From Takakia lepidozioides (taxonomy: Eukaryota > Plantae > Bryophyta), in contig CM060734.1 of the NCBI GenBank assembly GCA_030704615.1, positions 15,562,001 through 15,626,000 of the forward strand: a stretch of 64,000 nt of DNA. Direction: 5' to 3'. Of the stretch, positions 36,297 through 47,819 are shown in pieces. A program made the position numbers and the translations under genes. The notes under the pieces are model-generated. The model was given only the letters and a program-made list of their open reading frames with translations. It was not told the origin of the DNA and did no database searches. Position 1 is the stretch's first letter; each line of letters opens with the position of its first letter.

Positions 36297-38351
36297 CTAT
36301 CCAATGGTAATCTCAGCTTTGGTCTGGCATATTACTTCAGCCAAAGTCCCTTCATTACTCTGCACTTGTGCAACTTCTTTCTTCACTTCCTCTTCACCCT
36401 CTCCATCTTCTCTATCAGAGTCAGAGGTATCTACCGTAGGGATATCAGTATTCTTCTGCATTTCCCTTATGGTGTTAGCCACTTCCCTGTGTAGTTCCTT
36501 CTCATCTCTCCAAGCCTCATCATCTTCAGGCACATCACTGCCATCCTCATTACCATCTTCTTCCTCATCTACTAGAGGTATTAGTTTAGCTTTGCTTCTG
36601 GTTACTATCATTGTATTCACTTCTGGTACAAAACATGGCCTAACCATGTGAGCTGCCACCACCGGGCCCTCATTCACATGAGCTCTCATCTCATTCTGGT
36701 GTCTGATCCAGAATGGACAGGCTGCCTTGCGATGTCCTGCCTGATTACAATAGTAACATAGTTCTTCCCCATTAGGTCCTCGCCCTTGGTCTGCTCTGAG
36801 ATTATTTCTATAATCCTGATTCCCTGGCTGGTAATTCCCCCTTGGATTACCTTGATAGTTGCCTCTGGGATTGCCTTGGTAATTCCCTCTTGGATTACCC
36901 CTCCCTGCCATACCATTGTTATAACCACCAGGCTGTCCATAGTGGTCCTGATCATTGTTTCTTCTTGGCTGGGGCTGCACTTGATGCACCCTCACTTGCC
37001 TAGGTTCTCTTGCAGCTGTCCTTCTGTTGTAGTAACAATTCTCAGTAGAATGGTTATCCATTTTACAGATAGTACAGTGTTTCTCCTTCATGTGGCATTC
37101 AGCTGTGGTATGGCCTTCATTCTGGCATTTTGCACACCAAACACCCTTCCTCCAATGTGTTACAGCCTCTGTGGCATACTTCTTCAAGATTTCTTCCAAT
37201 CTTTTCTCATAGTTATCCCTCTTCAACTTTTCCTTCTTCTTACTCTTCCTCCTTAGCTCTTGCTCTTCTTCCTCATCTGATTCATCTTCAGAGTCCTCAT
37301 CATCCCTTTTCTCTCTCCTGAGCATTCCCAATTGCTCAATTCTGTTGGTTGTTTCAAATGCCTCCTCCACTGTATTATGGGGTAGCATATCCACTTTCTT
37401 TTGTAATTCAGATCTTAATCCACTCACAAACCAGGTCTTCTGTAACCCTGGTGCTGGCACAACAGCCAACTTTCTCATCATCAATTCTATCTTTTCCATG
37501 TACTCTTCAACAGTTTCATGCTTCTTTTGCTTTAACTGTTGTAAACTCCCATACACTTCATCCTCAGTTTTGCTTGTCCTGAACCTATTTCGGAATGCTA
37601 TACTAAGGCCATTCCAGGTTAGGAAATGATTATCAGGGAATCTTGCATACCATTCACTTGCTTTCTTTATAAGTGAACAAGGAAATAATCTCATCTTGGC
37701 ATCATCGCCATTCTCATTGTTCACAATACACATGTGCTCAAATTGGCTAATGTGTACATCAGGATCCCCTTTCCCTGCATATATTGGAAAAGGTGGTTTT
37801 GCCCGTGTTGGAGGTACCGCCATCTGTGGCCCTACACCCTGCCCTTTGACAGGTGCTGGTCCTCTTGTTGGTGCTGGTCCTTGAGGACCTGTTGTTGTAG
37901 TGGTGGAACTCCCACCAGGTGCTGGCCCGTGAGCACTCCCTGCTACTGGCCCCTCTATACTCACAGTATTCCCAGCTTCAATTGCACTACTTCCCACACT
38001 CCCTGTCCCCCCAGAGTCAGATCCAAGCTTCTTGCCTGATCCCCTTGAGCCGACACCTTTGTTGGCCTGTGATTCAAGTGTTCTACTTGATCCAGGTCCA
38101 ACAGGTTGGGATGTCCTGGTTGTAGTCTCAACCTCAACTGTTGGGTCTACTTCTTCATACCCCTCATCTTCCAAATTCTTCTCTTGGATTTCCTCTTCTT
38201 CACTCATGTAACTCGATTGCAATGGTGTTGGAGAGTCTGAACTCTCCATTGGCTCTGCCACATCCTCCTCCCCTTCTTTATCTTGTGCTTCAGAAACTGG
38301 AGTTCCTGCCTTTGGTGTCCCATGCCAACTTTTATCAAAGATTTCTATCAA
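36297..38351 (-). CDS. Ty3 gag with three CCHC zinc knuckles
   Basis: Retrotrans_gag-like core (LFPCSLIKKASEWY..LKQKKHETVEEY); knuckles CAKCQNEGHTTAEC, CTICKMDNHSTENC, CYYCNQAGHRKAAC. Confidence 0.9.
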   Translation of the reverse strand: MIEIFDKSWHGTPKAGTPVSEAQDKEGEEDVAEPMESSDSPTPLQSSYMSEEEEIQEKNLEDEGYEEVDPTVEVETTTRTSQPVGPGSSRTLESQANKGVGSRGSGKKLGSDSGGTGSVGSSAIEAGNTVSIEGPVAGSAHGPAPGGSSTTTTTGPQGPAPTRGPAPVKGQGVGPQMAVPPTRAKPPFPIYAGKGDPDVHISQFEHMCIVNNENGDDAKMRLFPCSLIKKASEWYARFPDNHFLTWNGLSIAFRNRFRTSKTEDEVYGSLQQLKQKKHETVEEYMEKIELMMRKLAVVPAPGLQKTWFVSGLRSELQKKVDMLPHNTVEEAFETTNRIEQLGMLRREKRDDEDSEDESDEEEEQELRRKSKKKEKLKRDNYEKRLEEILKKYATEAVTHWRKGVWCAKCQNEGHTTAECHMKEKHCTICKMDNHSTENCYYNRRTAAREPRQVRVHQVQPQPRRNNDQDHYGQPGGYNNGMAGRGNPRGNYQGNPRGNYQGNPRGNYQPGNQDYRNNLRADQGRGPNGEELCYYCNQAGHRKAACPFWIRHQNEMRAHVNEGPVVAAHMVRPCFVPEVNTMIVTRSKAKLIPLVDEEEDGNEDGSDVPEDDEAWRDEKELHREVANTIREMQKNTDIPTVDTSDSDREDGEGEEEVKKEVAQVQSNEGTLAEVICQTKAEITIG

Positions 38352-39233
38352 AACTTTTATCCAGGGATGTACCTCAGATCTCTCCCCTCGTGGTTGATCT
38401 TCTTCCTATACCAAATCCCTTAATCTTTCTTGTAAAGAATAAGAAGGAGTGGCATCCAACTTTGGTTCCTCCGGTATGGGTGATGTACTCTTCGATCTTA
38501 ATGGTGTGAGAGGTCCAGATGATTCTCCTATGTCTATTCCTCTCTCCCAAAGATATGGATAATTAGCTTTCAAATAACTTTCTCTTCTTGCTGAATATCT
38601 GTGAAGTCTAGCTTCTCTTTCATCACTCATGTCCCATGTCTTTCATATCTTCAATGAGGCAATAACCAAAACTCTCTTTTATAGTATCTCTCGTATATGC
38701 CTGGATTTCTTTCAAGCTTCAATGCACCCTTGGCTATACTAGAAGTCTCTGTTACCATATAACCATATGGCAAGCACGTCTGAAAAGCTGTTCTTGGTGT
38801 TAGTTTGATCCACAGGATATCCTTAGGAATCCAATTCTTTACCAGTACCAACTCTTCATGCATATGAGTGTAAACATTCACTTTCCGTTCCTCCCAGCCT
38901 TCAAACTCCACTCGTTTGATGGATAGCAACGCTATCACATAAACCAGCGTTGGTAACCAACTTGCTCTCCCTCTACAGGCCACTTGATAAATCTTTATCA
39001 CTCCTTTCTCCAGACCCCACTCAGGATCAGCATCATGCACTCTCTTAAGAATGTTTTTTTTGCAACCATCTGGCAATTCCAAGAATCTTTGAAAGAATTG
39101 CTTGGACAATCTTTCTTTCTCAGTTCCACAAGGAATTCACATCAAATTCTTTAATTCTCCAACCACCATGATCCCACCAGATGCCTGTCACATCTGGTTG
39201 TTCTTGACCGAGTTCCCCAGTATGGTTGCCAAA

Positions 39234-40266
39234 TGTCGAGCGGCTTTTACTCACCCATCCCTTCGCTATCCAAGGTGGGAACTCCAAGATAGAAGAGTTG
39301 GATATCTCTAAGCACTCAGCCCGCTCAGAACAATCAGTCATGACCTACAGCTAGTGAATCATGGTTGTGCTTCCTGTTTGACTTTCTTCTTGCCTTCATG
39401 TTAGCAAATTACCTTACTGTGTATACTGAAGCATCGGATTGCTTCAGTATCTATCAGGTTCCAATCACTCATCCATTCATTCCACAGTTTCACTCGAGTC
39501 TACTCTACACAGTGTGTTTGTATCGAATAAGTATCAGATTAAATTTATCAGGTATCAGGCCGAAGCCATGGTGTCTCTAATCTGCTCTACAGTATCACTA
39601 CAGCTTTGCATGTAACGAGCATCTACTGATCATCTCTCCTCCTTCACCGTGCTCTCCATCCTTGCCCCTGTTCCTGCTCTCCGCCTGATTTCCTCTCGTG
39701 AACGACCAAGAAGTGCCCCCCTGTGAAGTGTCCTCTCCAAGTTGCTACTCTGCCTAATCTACCCGCAAGCTGTTCTAACCGTCTAACTAACTAACTGTCA
39801 TCTCAAGAAGTAAGCACGTTCCCTCTGCAGATGTCGTTCCCTGCCAATGATAACCATTCCCTACGTACGCTGTGACGGGCTGTGCCAAGCTGTGTTGGGT
39901 TGTGACTGTGCCGAGCTGTGACTGGCTGTGTAAAGCCGTGTCGGGCTGTGTCGTGCTGTGTCGGGCTGTGACTGGTTGTGCGAAGCTGTGTCGAGCTGTG
40001 ATAGACTGTGACTAACTGTGATAGGCTGTGATTGACTGTGACATACTGTGTAAGGCTGTGTATGGCTGTGATAGACTATGATAGGTTGTGTATGATTGTG
40101 TAAGACTGTAACTGAGTGTGTAAGCCTGTCTACCACCCCTAAAGCTTGTGCTTGTCACCCCTAAGGCCTCTGTTGGTCTAAGTCTACCATCCGTAAGTCT
40201 GTGCAAAAATTAAGGGTACCCCACAGAGCCCATAAAAGTGTCGAAGTCCCAGACAGCCCTCTAACA
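39234..40266 (-). repeat. 5' LTR (TGTTAG...CGACA) followed by PBS-like TGGCAACCATACTGGGGA; contains a ~10-bp period (GGCTGTG) minisatellite at 39870-40120
   Basis: TG..CA ends. The TG coincides with the break in an unrelated Ty3 pol fragment at 40267. Confidence 0.65.
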
Positions 40267-40473
40267 GTTCACCCTCCTCTCGCGTTGTCGTCTTGGGGTG
40301 GCTCCCGGAATCAGGGGAATGGAATGCATTGCCACGTAAGAAGGCACTCCTTTCAATTCGGTGCAGGACCATGCAAAAATGTCCCGAAATTCCTTGAACA
40401 GTGCCTGATACTCCAAGGCCTGCTCTGTTGTCAAGTGGGCTCCCACCTTCACCATCTTTGGCGACTCTCCTCC
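40267..40473 (-). pseudogene. Fragment of another Ty3 pol (pre-RT region), the target of the above LTR element
   Basis: KVGAHLTTEQ..LFKEFRDIFAWS..LKGVP..HSIPLIPGATP; paralogous to 35139-35489. Confidence 0.75.
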
Positions 40474-40740
40474 AAAAACTCGGCCTCCAGCTTGAGAATG
40501 TCCTTGACGAGGGGTGGACGAACGACGGGCATGGAAACCAACCTACACAGGGGAATCTTCAACCTCCCACCCGGGGCAAGCATACTTTGCACCACAAGCT
40601 GAGAGTTTACCTTCTGACCCCCCAGCATCTCAGCGGCTTTGCTTTCATAGAACTCATCGTCCACATCAACAATTATCTCCTTCTCCTGACCCGAAGGGAC
40701 CTCATCTGCCACACTTTGCATCTTCTCCTGCAGGGTTGTT
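40474..40740 (-). pseudogene. Family B ParB-MTase gene, 5' part (start of ParB-like domain)
   Basis: RLKIPLCRLVSMPVVRPPLVKDILKLEAEF aligns with family A TLRIPLCRMVSLPIVRQALPGDVDKLKFAF. Confidence 0.8.
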
Positions 40741-40792
40741 CATTCAACTTGATATTAGAGAGGCATGAAACGTCGGCTGAGGCATGAAAAAG

Positions 40793-42482
40793 TGGGCTCA
40801 AAGAGTGTGCGTTGACGCACACTATTTTAAACTGCCAGGTAAGTGTACATTGACCCTCACAGACATGTCCTATGTTGCCGAATTCCACAGAAAAAGACAA
40901 TGTAAAAGTGGGCTCAAACAGTGTGCGTTGACGCACACTGTTTCACTTGCCAGGTAAATGATCATTGAACATCTACTTGTGCCAGGTAAGTGTTCATTGT
41001 AAACTCCAAGATATGCGGCCGATTTTGGATGAAAAAAGTGAAAAGGTGAGTTCGAACAGTGTGACATGTCCAGCTCAAACAGTGTGCGTTGACGCACACT
41101 GTTTGAGTTGCCAGTGATGGATTCTTCCATCCTCAGGAACCTGCCCTGAAAGTCCGAATTTAACTCGGAAAAAACACTTACATGTTCAGCTCAAACAGTG
41201 TGCGCCAACGCACACTGTTTGAGCTGCCACTGAATGGTTATTTCATCTTCAAAAACCTGCCTTGGAAGTCCGAATTTGACACCAAAAAAACAGTGACATG
41301 TACAGCTCAAACAGTGTGCGTTGACGCACACTGTTTGAGCTGCCAGTGAGGGATTCTTTCATCCCCAGAAACGTGCCCTAAAGGTCGAATTTCAATCGAA
41401 AAAAACACTTACATGTTCAGCTCAAACAGTGTGCGCCAACGCACACTGTTTGAGCTGCCACTGAATGGTTATTTTATCATCATAAACCTGCCCTGGAAGT
41501 CCGTATTTAACTCGGAAAAAACACTTACATGTTCAGCTCAAACAGTGTGCGCCAACGCACACTGTTTGAGCTGCCACTGAATGGTTATTTCATCATCATA
41601 AACCTGCCCTGGAAGTCCGAATTTAACACCAAAAAAACAGTGACATGTACAGCTCAAACAGTGTGCATTGACGCACACTGTTTGAGCTGCCAGTGAGGGA
41701 TTCTTTCATCCTCAGAAACGTGCCCTAAATGCCGAATTTCAATCGGAGAAAACCGTGACATGTAGAGCTCAAACAGTGTGCGCCAACGCACACTGTTTGA
41801 GCTGCCACTGAATGGTTATTTCATCATCATAAACCTGCCTTGGAAGTCCAAATTTAACACCAAAAAAACAGTGACATGTACAGCTCAAACAGTGTGCGTT
41901 GACGCACACTGTTTGAGCTGCCAGTGAGGGATTCCTTCATCCTCAGAAACGTGCCATAAAGGTCGAATTACAATCGGAAAAAACACTTACATGTTTAGCT
42001 CAAACAGTGTGCGCCAACGCACACTGTTTGAGCTGCCACTGAATGGTTATTTCATCTTCAAAAACCTGCAGTGGAAGTCCACATTTAACACACAAAAATA
42101 GTGACATGTACAGCTCAAACAGTGTGCGTTGACGCACACTGTTTGAGCTGCCAGTGAGGGATTCTTTCATCCTCAGAAACGTGCCCTAAAGGGCGAATTC
42201 AACACGGAGAAAACCGTGACATATAGAGCTCAAACAGTGTGCGCCAACGCACACTGTTTGAGCTGCCACTTAAGGGTTCTCTCGTCCTGACATACATATC
42301 CTGGAAAACCGATATCCAGATGGAAACAGCAGTGAAATGTTCAGCTCAACTCACACTGATTGAGCTTGCAATTTGGGTTGTATTGAACCTGCTGTAGTGC
42401 CCAAGTTTGGGCGTTTTGCACCTGAACAATCAAGCAAATTGGTAGGCCCAAACAGTGTGCGTTGCCTCACACTGTTTGAGCT
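40793..42482. repeat. Array of 38-bp palindromes AGCTCAAACAGTGTGCG-(TTGA|CCAA)-CGCACACTGTTTGAGCT at a 115-116 bp period
   Basis: Full copies at 41072, 41188, 41304, 41419, 41535, 41651, 41766, 41882, 41997, 42112 and 42227; degenerate copies near 40795, 40912, 42343 and 42448. Confidence 0.97.
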
Positions 42483-43824
42483 TCCAGTTTGCGGTGCTTT
42501 CAGCCTGGTGCAGATGTCCTGTGTGGGCTATATTCATATCAGCAACGAAACACAAATGTGGGTCTTAAAGATTTCACCTTTTTTTTGGCTGCTCCAGAAG
42601 ACTCCCCAATTGTCGGGGACCCTTTGCGCTTCGGGCTGCTCTCTGCGCCGAGCGTGTACGTGAGCCTCTCCCCCTTCCTCTTTCCCGCAGTCAGACTCCT
42701 CGTGAGGCCACCTTCAACATCCTCTTCCATCTCGTCTGTCTCTCCCTCAGATGCAGTGTCCTCTTCATCTGTTCTTGGAACTATGGCGGGCTGCTGTTCT
42801 TCTGCTGATTCCTGCTCCTCCATCGCCACACTTTCCTCTACTCCCTCTTCTACCTCCTTTTCCTCTTCGTCCACTCTTTCCATCCTCATTCTATCTCTGG
42901 CTCTAATCCTGTTTCTAGAGCTCGTGAAGTATAATGACTTCCTTCTCTTCCTCCTCCGCTGGAAACAAGGGCTCCCCACGATGCCTCTAGAGCTCTCCAG
43001 TTTGACGTTTGTAACAAGTGCTGCTATGGCATGTAACCAAAATCAAAATTGGACGTTGTCAACCATATTTGGATGTGGGTGTTGTTATTGTGTGCGAACG
43101 GAATTCATCCATTCCGTCGTCTCCGTATTATCCAAGTAATAAAGCGCTAGAAAAAAAGTACATCCGTTGCATGCACTAGCGATATATGTCAGATGTACGG
43201 CGCCGCCTGCCAATACACCGCGGCCTTCTTGCTTTCTTTCAAATTTGGATGTGTCGTAGAAATCTAATGCTAGTTCATTTTCGAGCAGTTCTTGCAGATC
43301 CGCAATAATTGTTATGCTTCACATATGCATCCACGTGTGTTGTACTGCCTACCCTGTGGTTTGCATTTTACCGTAACCGTCGCCATGGGGTCATTCGGCA
43401 TAAAGGGTTCTGTCGGATACGACCATGTCTGGCACGCATTCGTGCGAGGTATCTTCTTCAGTGTCAGTGTTTGTGCTGTGCTCTTCTGGCACAGCACAAC
43501 CTCATGACATTTGTGGTCTTCCTGTTTACTGCTCTCCAGGGTTGTTGCCGTCTTTTCATAATGGATGGTTTCATGTCGTTTTCAGTGTTTGTTTTCATCC
43601 ATAAACAACACGGCTTCTTGTAGTATTTGAAAACAGTTTTTCTGGTTAGTGCCTCTTAGCGTTGCTGTTTCCGAAGTGAAGGTGCATCTCATCCCTACAT
43701 CCTTTGCATGCATCACCCGCAACCTTTGGGTTGGAGCTACCCTTGTTGACCTCAGTTTGCTTGTCTTAATTCCCTTTTCGGTGATTGCGGGCTATCAGTT
43801 CGAGGATTCCGCAACTTTCGTTCA

Positions 43825-46800
43825 GTGAGGGAAAACATGTCGAGGGAGCGAGATACACTTGCTCGATTCCATTCCAATGCAGGTACTCTTCCACTGACTG
43901 CCACTGCAGACGACGATGGGTTTGCAGTTGTTCATGAGGATGAGCTGGTTACAGTGTTCCCGCTGGAGTTGGGTTCTCTCCTTGTTCAAAAAGAGGTGTA
44001 TGACGAGGATGGGAATTTGGATTCTGGGCACTTGGAGAAACCATTGGTTGGCAAGTGTGGAAGGAAGTGGAGAGTCCTTCCAGGCACATACCGTGTCCTT
44101 GGAAAAGAGAGAAGACAATCAGCAGGATCAGTCGTTACCCCTGGCACTGCAGCATCGGTCGTGCAACAGAAGGGCACAGTTCCTGTGAAACAAGAGGTGA
44201 GCACATCCACTACCTTCGTGACTCTTTCAGACTCGTCCTCGGAGGATGTTTCTGAGATTCCTCCGCCAGTGCAGACTCCGTCATTGGATGATGACGAATT
44301 GCAAGAGATAACGAGTGTCATTCCAAAATTGAAAGCCCTCGCAGGTGTGCCTGGGTGCAAGAGCGAGCTGCGTTTTGTTGATTGGGAGTCCCTTCCTGTG
44401 CAACGGGTTCAATACGTGCCAGCACAGTTTGATGGGGACATCCTGTTTGAGCTCAACCCTCCCACCTCTTCCACTGGACTGGCTGGGCTTTTGCAGGGCA
44501 TGGACAAGAAACATGACGGACATCCTTGGTGCAGGACAAAAACGTCGAACATCCATAACGACATTGGCTTGAAATTTTGGAGGTCGGTCTGCGTTGGGCA
44601 TTGTAAGTGCCAGAATATTTCTTGCCCTCGGCTGAGAAACAGCGCTCAACCAAATGAAAGTGAGTGGGAAGGTGTGCCCCTGAATCCTTTCACCCCAGGG
44701 CTTGCCACTCCCAGGACCAATACTTTTGTGTGCAGGTTCTGCAAACTTTCCCCGTCCTGTGTTTCTGTGTGCCACGCTCGTATGTATCAGGTGGCACACC
44801 GATGCAAGACAATGACTCGTGCCTGCATTCATATGGGTGCACACGAGCATCCTGTGTCCAAAGGAAGTTGCAGGGATAGCGTGGACATCGCTAGAAATCT
44901 GCTGAAGCAGGAGTTCCATAATGCCCCTTGTGCAACACCTTCTGCTATAGCGCTTGCAGCTAGCAAGGCATTCCTGGAGAAACACATACTGGGTGAAGGG
45001 GATGCGACACAACTTATGCTGGATGCAGATTTGCTTAATGCAATCATGGACCATTTCTCCGTGTTGAGCTCTCCCAATATTCGAAACCAGGTGAATGCAC
45101 TCAGAATGGGCACAGGCATTGCTGGATTCACGGACAACATTATGGACCTGAAACGGAGGAGTCGCTATGAATTCATTCAAAACAGTATCTTCCCTGGCCA
45201 GGGCTCGTCCAAGGTGTATTTGTTCAAGATGTCCGCTGTGGGCGAAGGCAGTGGTGTGAGCATTGTCCGCCGTATGCAACCAGGAGGAGATTTGGCTAAA
45301 TGTTGGTTAATGTTTGATCACTGCAAACGGGTGAAGGGTTGGACAACCATGGCGTGCCATGTGTATGATCCGGCGTACCAGCGTGTGCTCTCCATAGCAA
45401 TTTGTGATATGCAGTCGGAGGACACTGAATCCCAGATGCTCATGTGGAATTCGCTCTTGGCCGTCATGCAGCGCAATGGAATACAAAACACAAATTTTGC
45501 GGGCTTCATGGCTGATAGTGCACAGGCAAATTTCAATGCAGTGCGACGCGTGTTTGGTTCGGGGGATCCTAAGGTCCCAATGGAAAATAAGGAGCGCACA
45601 TGCCTCTTCCATTGGACTCAATCTCTGGCACGTCATACAAAGCGCTGCATTCGCCCTGACCTGCAGTTGGAGCACAGAAGGCTCTGTCTCAAGTACAAGA
45701 ATGCCACCTCAATGGGAGAAGCTGAGAGCACTTACCAGGCAATCCGGGCTTGGTGGTTCTCCTCTGGTGCTGCAACAGGTACCCACGTAAAGGAGTTGGA
45801 GGACTGGTTGGTTTTCTGGCACTTCAGGTACAGACAGTGGGGAGCTTTCATGACGACGGTAAGCCTCTTCAATCCCAAAAACAGAAATTTTGCATCGTGC
45901 CTGTTCATTTGGGGTTCTTCGATTGTCACTTGAAGAACCTCTACCATTTGTTTTCGTTCCTCACATATCCATGCAATGCCTCCTGCAGGACATGTCCTTG
46001 GAGGACTTGGCCGACATGCCATCCTGTAATTTGGCGGAGACTGTTCACAACGCCTGGATGCAGCAGTCTACCAAAGCAGGTCGTGACTTGTATGTGGCCA
46101 CTGCTGATGACATGGTGCGTGCACTTACACAACAAACCAGGTACCGCAATTTTCTGATGGGACGGGGTGGAGGCAAGGGCCCTGATACGACTTTGTTGAT
46201 GCTAAGGGCTGCGAGTAGGTCCGGAGTCCCGTCAAAGATGGCCAGAGCTCTAAACAGATGCACTGAAGGGTCCCCTCTACAATCCAGGCTCCCCCATTTG
46301 GAAGGCGAGGAAAGATTTGGATCATGCAAAAGGAAATTGAACACTCTTCCAGGGTCAGATGGAGATTCCCATCGGCTAGACAGGGTCAATTTCTCTGTGC
46401 CAAAGGTGTCTCCACTGCAGACTGAGTCGTGTGCCCGCCCCTTCCCAGGTGGGTCCTCCTCCAGTGGAGCAGGTGCAGAACATACAAGCACAGCAGCGGG
46501 AATCCCATTGGAGGAGGTGGTGGCCATGGTGCAGGAATCCGATTGCATTGATAGTGAGTGGCATATAGAACGCACCCCACCAGGATCTAGAGTGGCTTGC
46601 ATGGCAATTCGGACCCCCTCATTCAAGAAATGCAAATCAAAGATATGCAAAGGCTCCAGGGGGACTCCAGCTCCAACATTCACAGGGTTGTTTCGACCTT
46701 ATCATAGTGGGGAGTCAAAGGACCACAAATTTTGGTTCTGCCCAGACGATATGGCACGATGCGTGAAGGGAACAGTTCGTCCTTCGGTGATAATGAAACC

Positions 46801-47400
46801 CCCTCCCCCGCAATTTGGCCTGTGCAAATTGGGACGTCGCTGTCATCAACCGAGATAAGCATGCTGGAGGAGGGAGGGTTTTGTCTTGCACGGTCCCGGG
46901 TGGTGCCCTCATGCACTGTCGGCACAGATGTGCCACATGCTCCGGCAATGCCGCCACCCGGTGCCGACTCCCACCCAACAAAAAAAGATGGAAAAACAGT
47001 GCGCCGTTTCGCTTTGGGTGCAGATCACGAATGCAAGATGGAATCTGCTAGAATTTTGCAGGCTCGGGTGTCTCGTATCACCAAAGTCCCTTCTCCGGGG
47101 TATGGACGGATTTACACAGTGCTGTCAATTGGGTCAGTTCTTCATGGCAAAGAATATCAGGTTACCGTTGGGAATTTCCCTTCGTGCACTTGTCCGGACT
47201 TTGTAACGATGCGTGAGGGCGCTCTCGGCATGAGAGGGAAGTGGGTCCCCTGCAAGCATCAATATTACATATATCTTGTGATTATGTGTTGCGACGGTAA
47301 GAGAGACCAATTCATCCACCAAGCCACACTAGGCTATGGAGAAGTGAACACCCTTCTACAGCGGGACACCTCGCGTGGAGCTCCGCCAACGTCTCTTTGA
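43825..47400 (+). CDS. Family B GCM-like + MULE DDE + SWIM transposase (frameshift in C-run at ~46800)
   Basis: DGHPWCRTKTS..CVGHCKC..CRFC..IHMGAHEHP; LMFDHCKR, FMADSAQA, CLFH, CNLAETVH; SWIM CTCPDF..PCKH. Phase-0 intron 45859-45988 at the same position as in family A. Confidence 0.88.
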
Positions 47401-47819
47401 ACACATACGAGCCATGCCCGCTTCCCATGCTGGTTTGCAGGTTGCCGTGTGAAGACTTTGCATTTCTGACAAACATATGGATTTTGTTTACGGAACCAGG
47501 GCAAATGCACATGCAATTCATTGTAAGCGTCTATCTGTGAATTGAAATAAACTATGACAATCATTCTGAGCTCAAATCTGCCATGTTTTCATATTTCTGT
47601 TTTTGAGCGGGCATTGCAGACATGGTGTGTGTTGGCCCCCTTTGTTTTGTCCATGGTAATAGGCTCTCTTCCTGCAATCCTCGCCTATAGGACCTTCTTC
47701 TCCAGCAGATTCGTGCCGCTCACGCTTCCCTGAAGCGTGAGCTCAGCTCACGCTTTGTAGCTTGAACGTGAGCTCAGCTCCCAGGCTCACGGGGTTGGGC
47801 TCACGCCGTAGCTACGCTC

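Larger units (their letters stand above)
31151..40266 (-). mobile_element. Ty3/gypsy LTR retrotransposon (non-chromovirus, Athila/Tat-like); 5' LTR present, 3' end lost
   Basis: Order gag-PR-RT-RH-IN; extra 5' ORFs (38406-39109) and 3' ORF (31132-31548); several stops and frameshifts. Confidence 0.9.
22157..47819 (+). mobile_element. Complete giant Mutator-like element, family B (25.7 kb including ~14 kb of nested insertions), imperfect TIRs, 9-bp TSD
   Basis: Left end GGGGGGTGCTATTCCGTGAGCCC; right end (reverse complement) GAGCGTAGCTACGGCGTGAGCCC. TSD CAACTACGC at 22148-22156 and 47820-47828. Removing the element restores the frame ..KPSLVEYNYAKEHGWQSLMKNMA. Confidence 0.9.

Noticed and set aside
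40793-42482. CRISPR array (also considered for 7224-8888)
   Set aside because: Spacers are homologous to one another rather than unique, no cas genes are present, and the context is eukaryotic.
42539-42979. Acidic 146-aa ORF as a core gene of element B
   Set aside because: No counterpart at this position in family A, and identity with the inverted copy stops at 42963; it may be another filler fragment.
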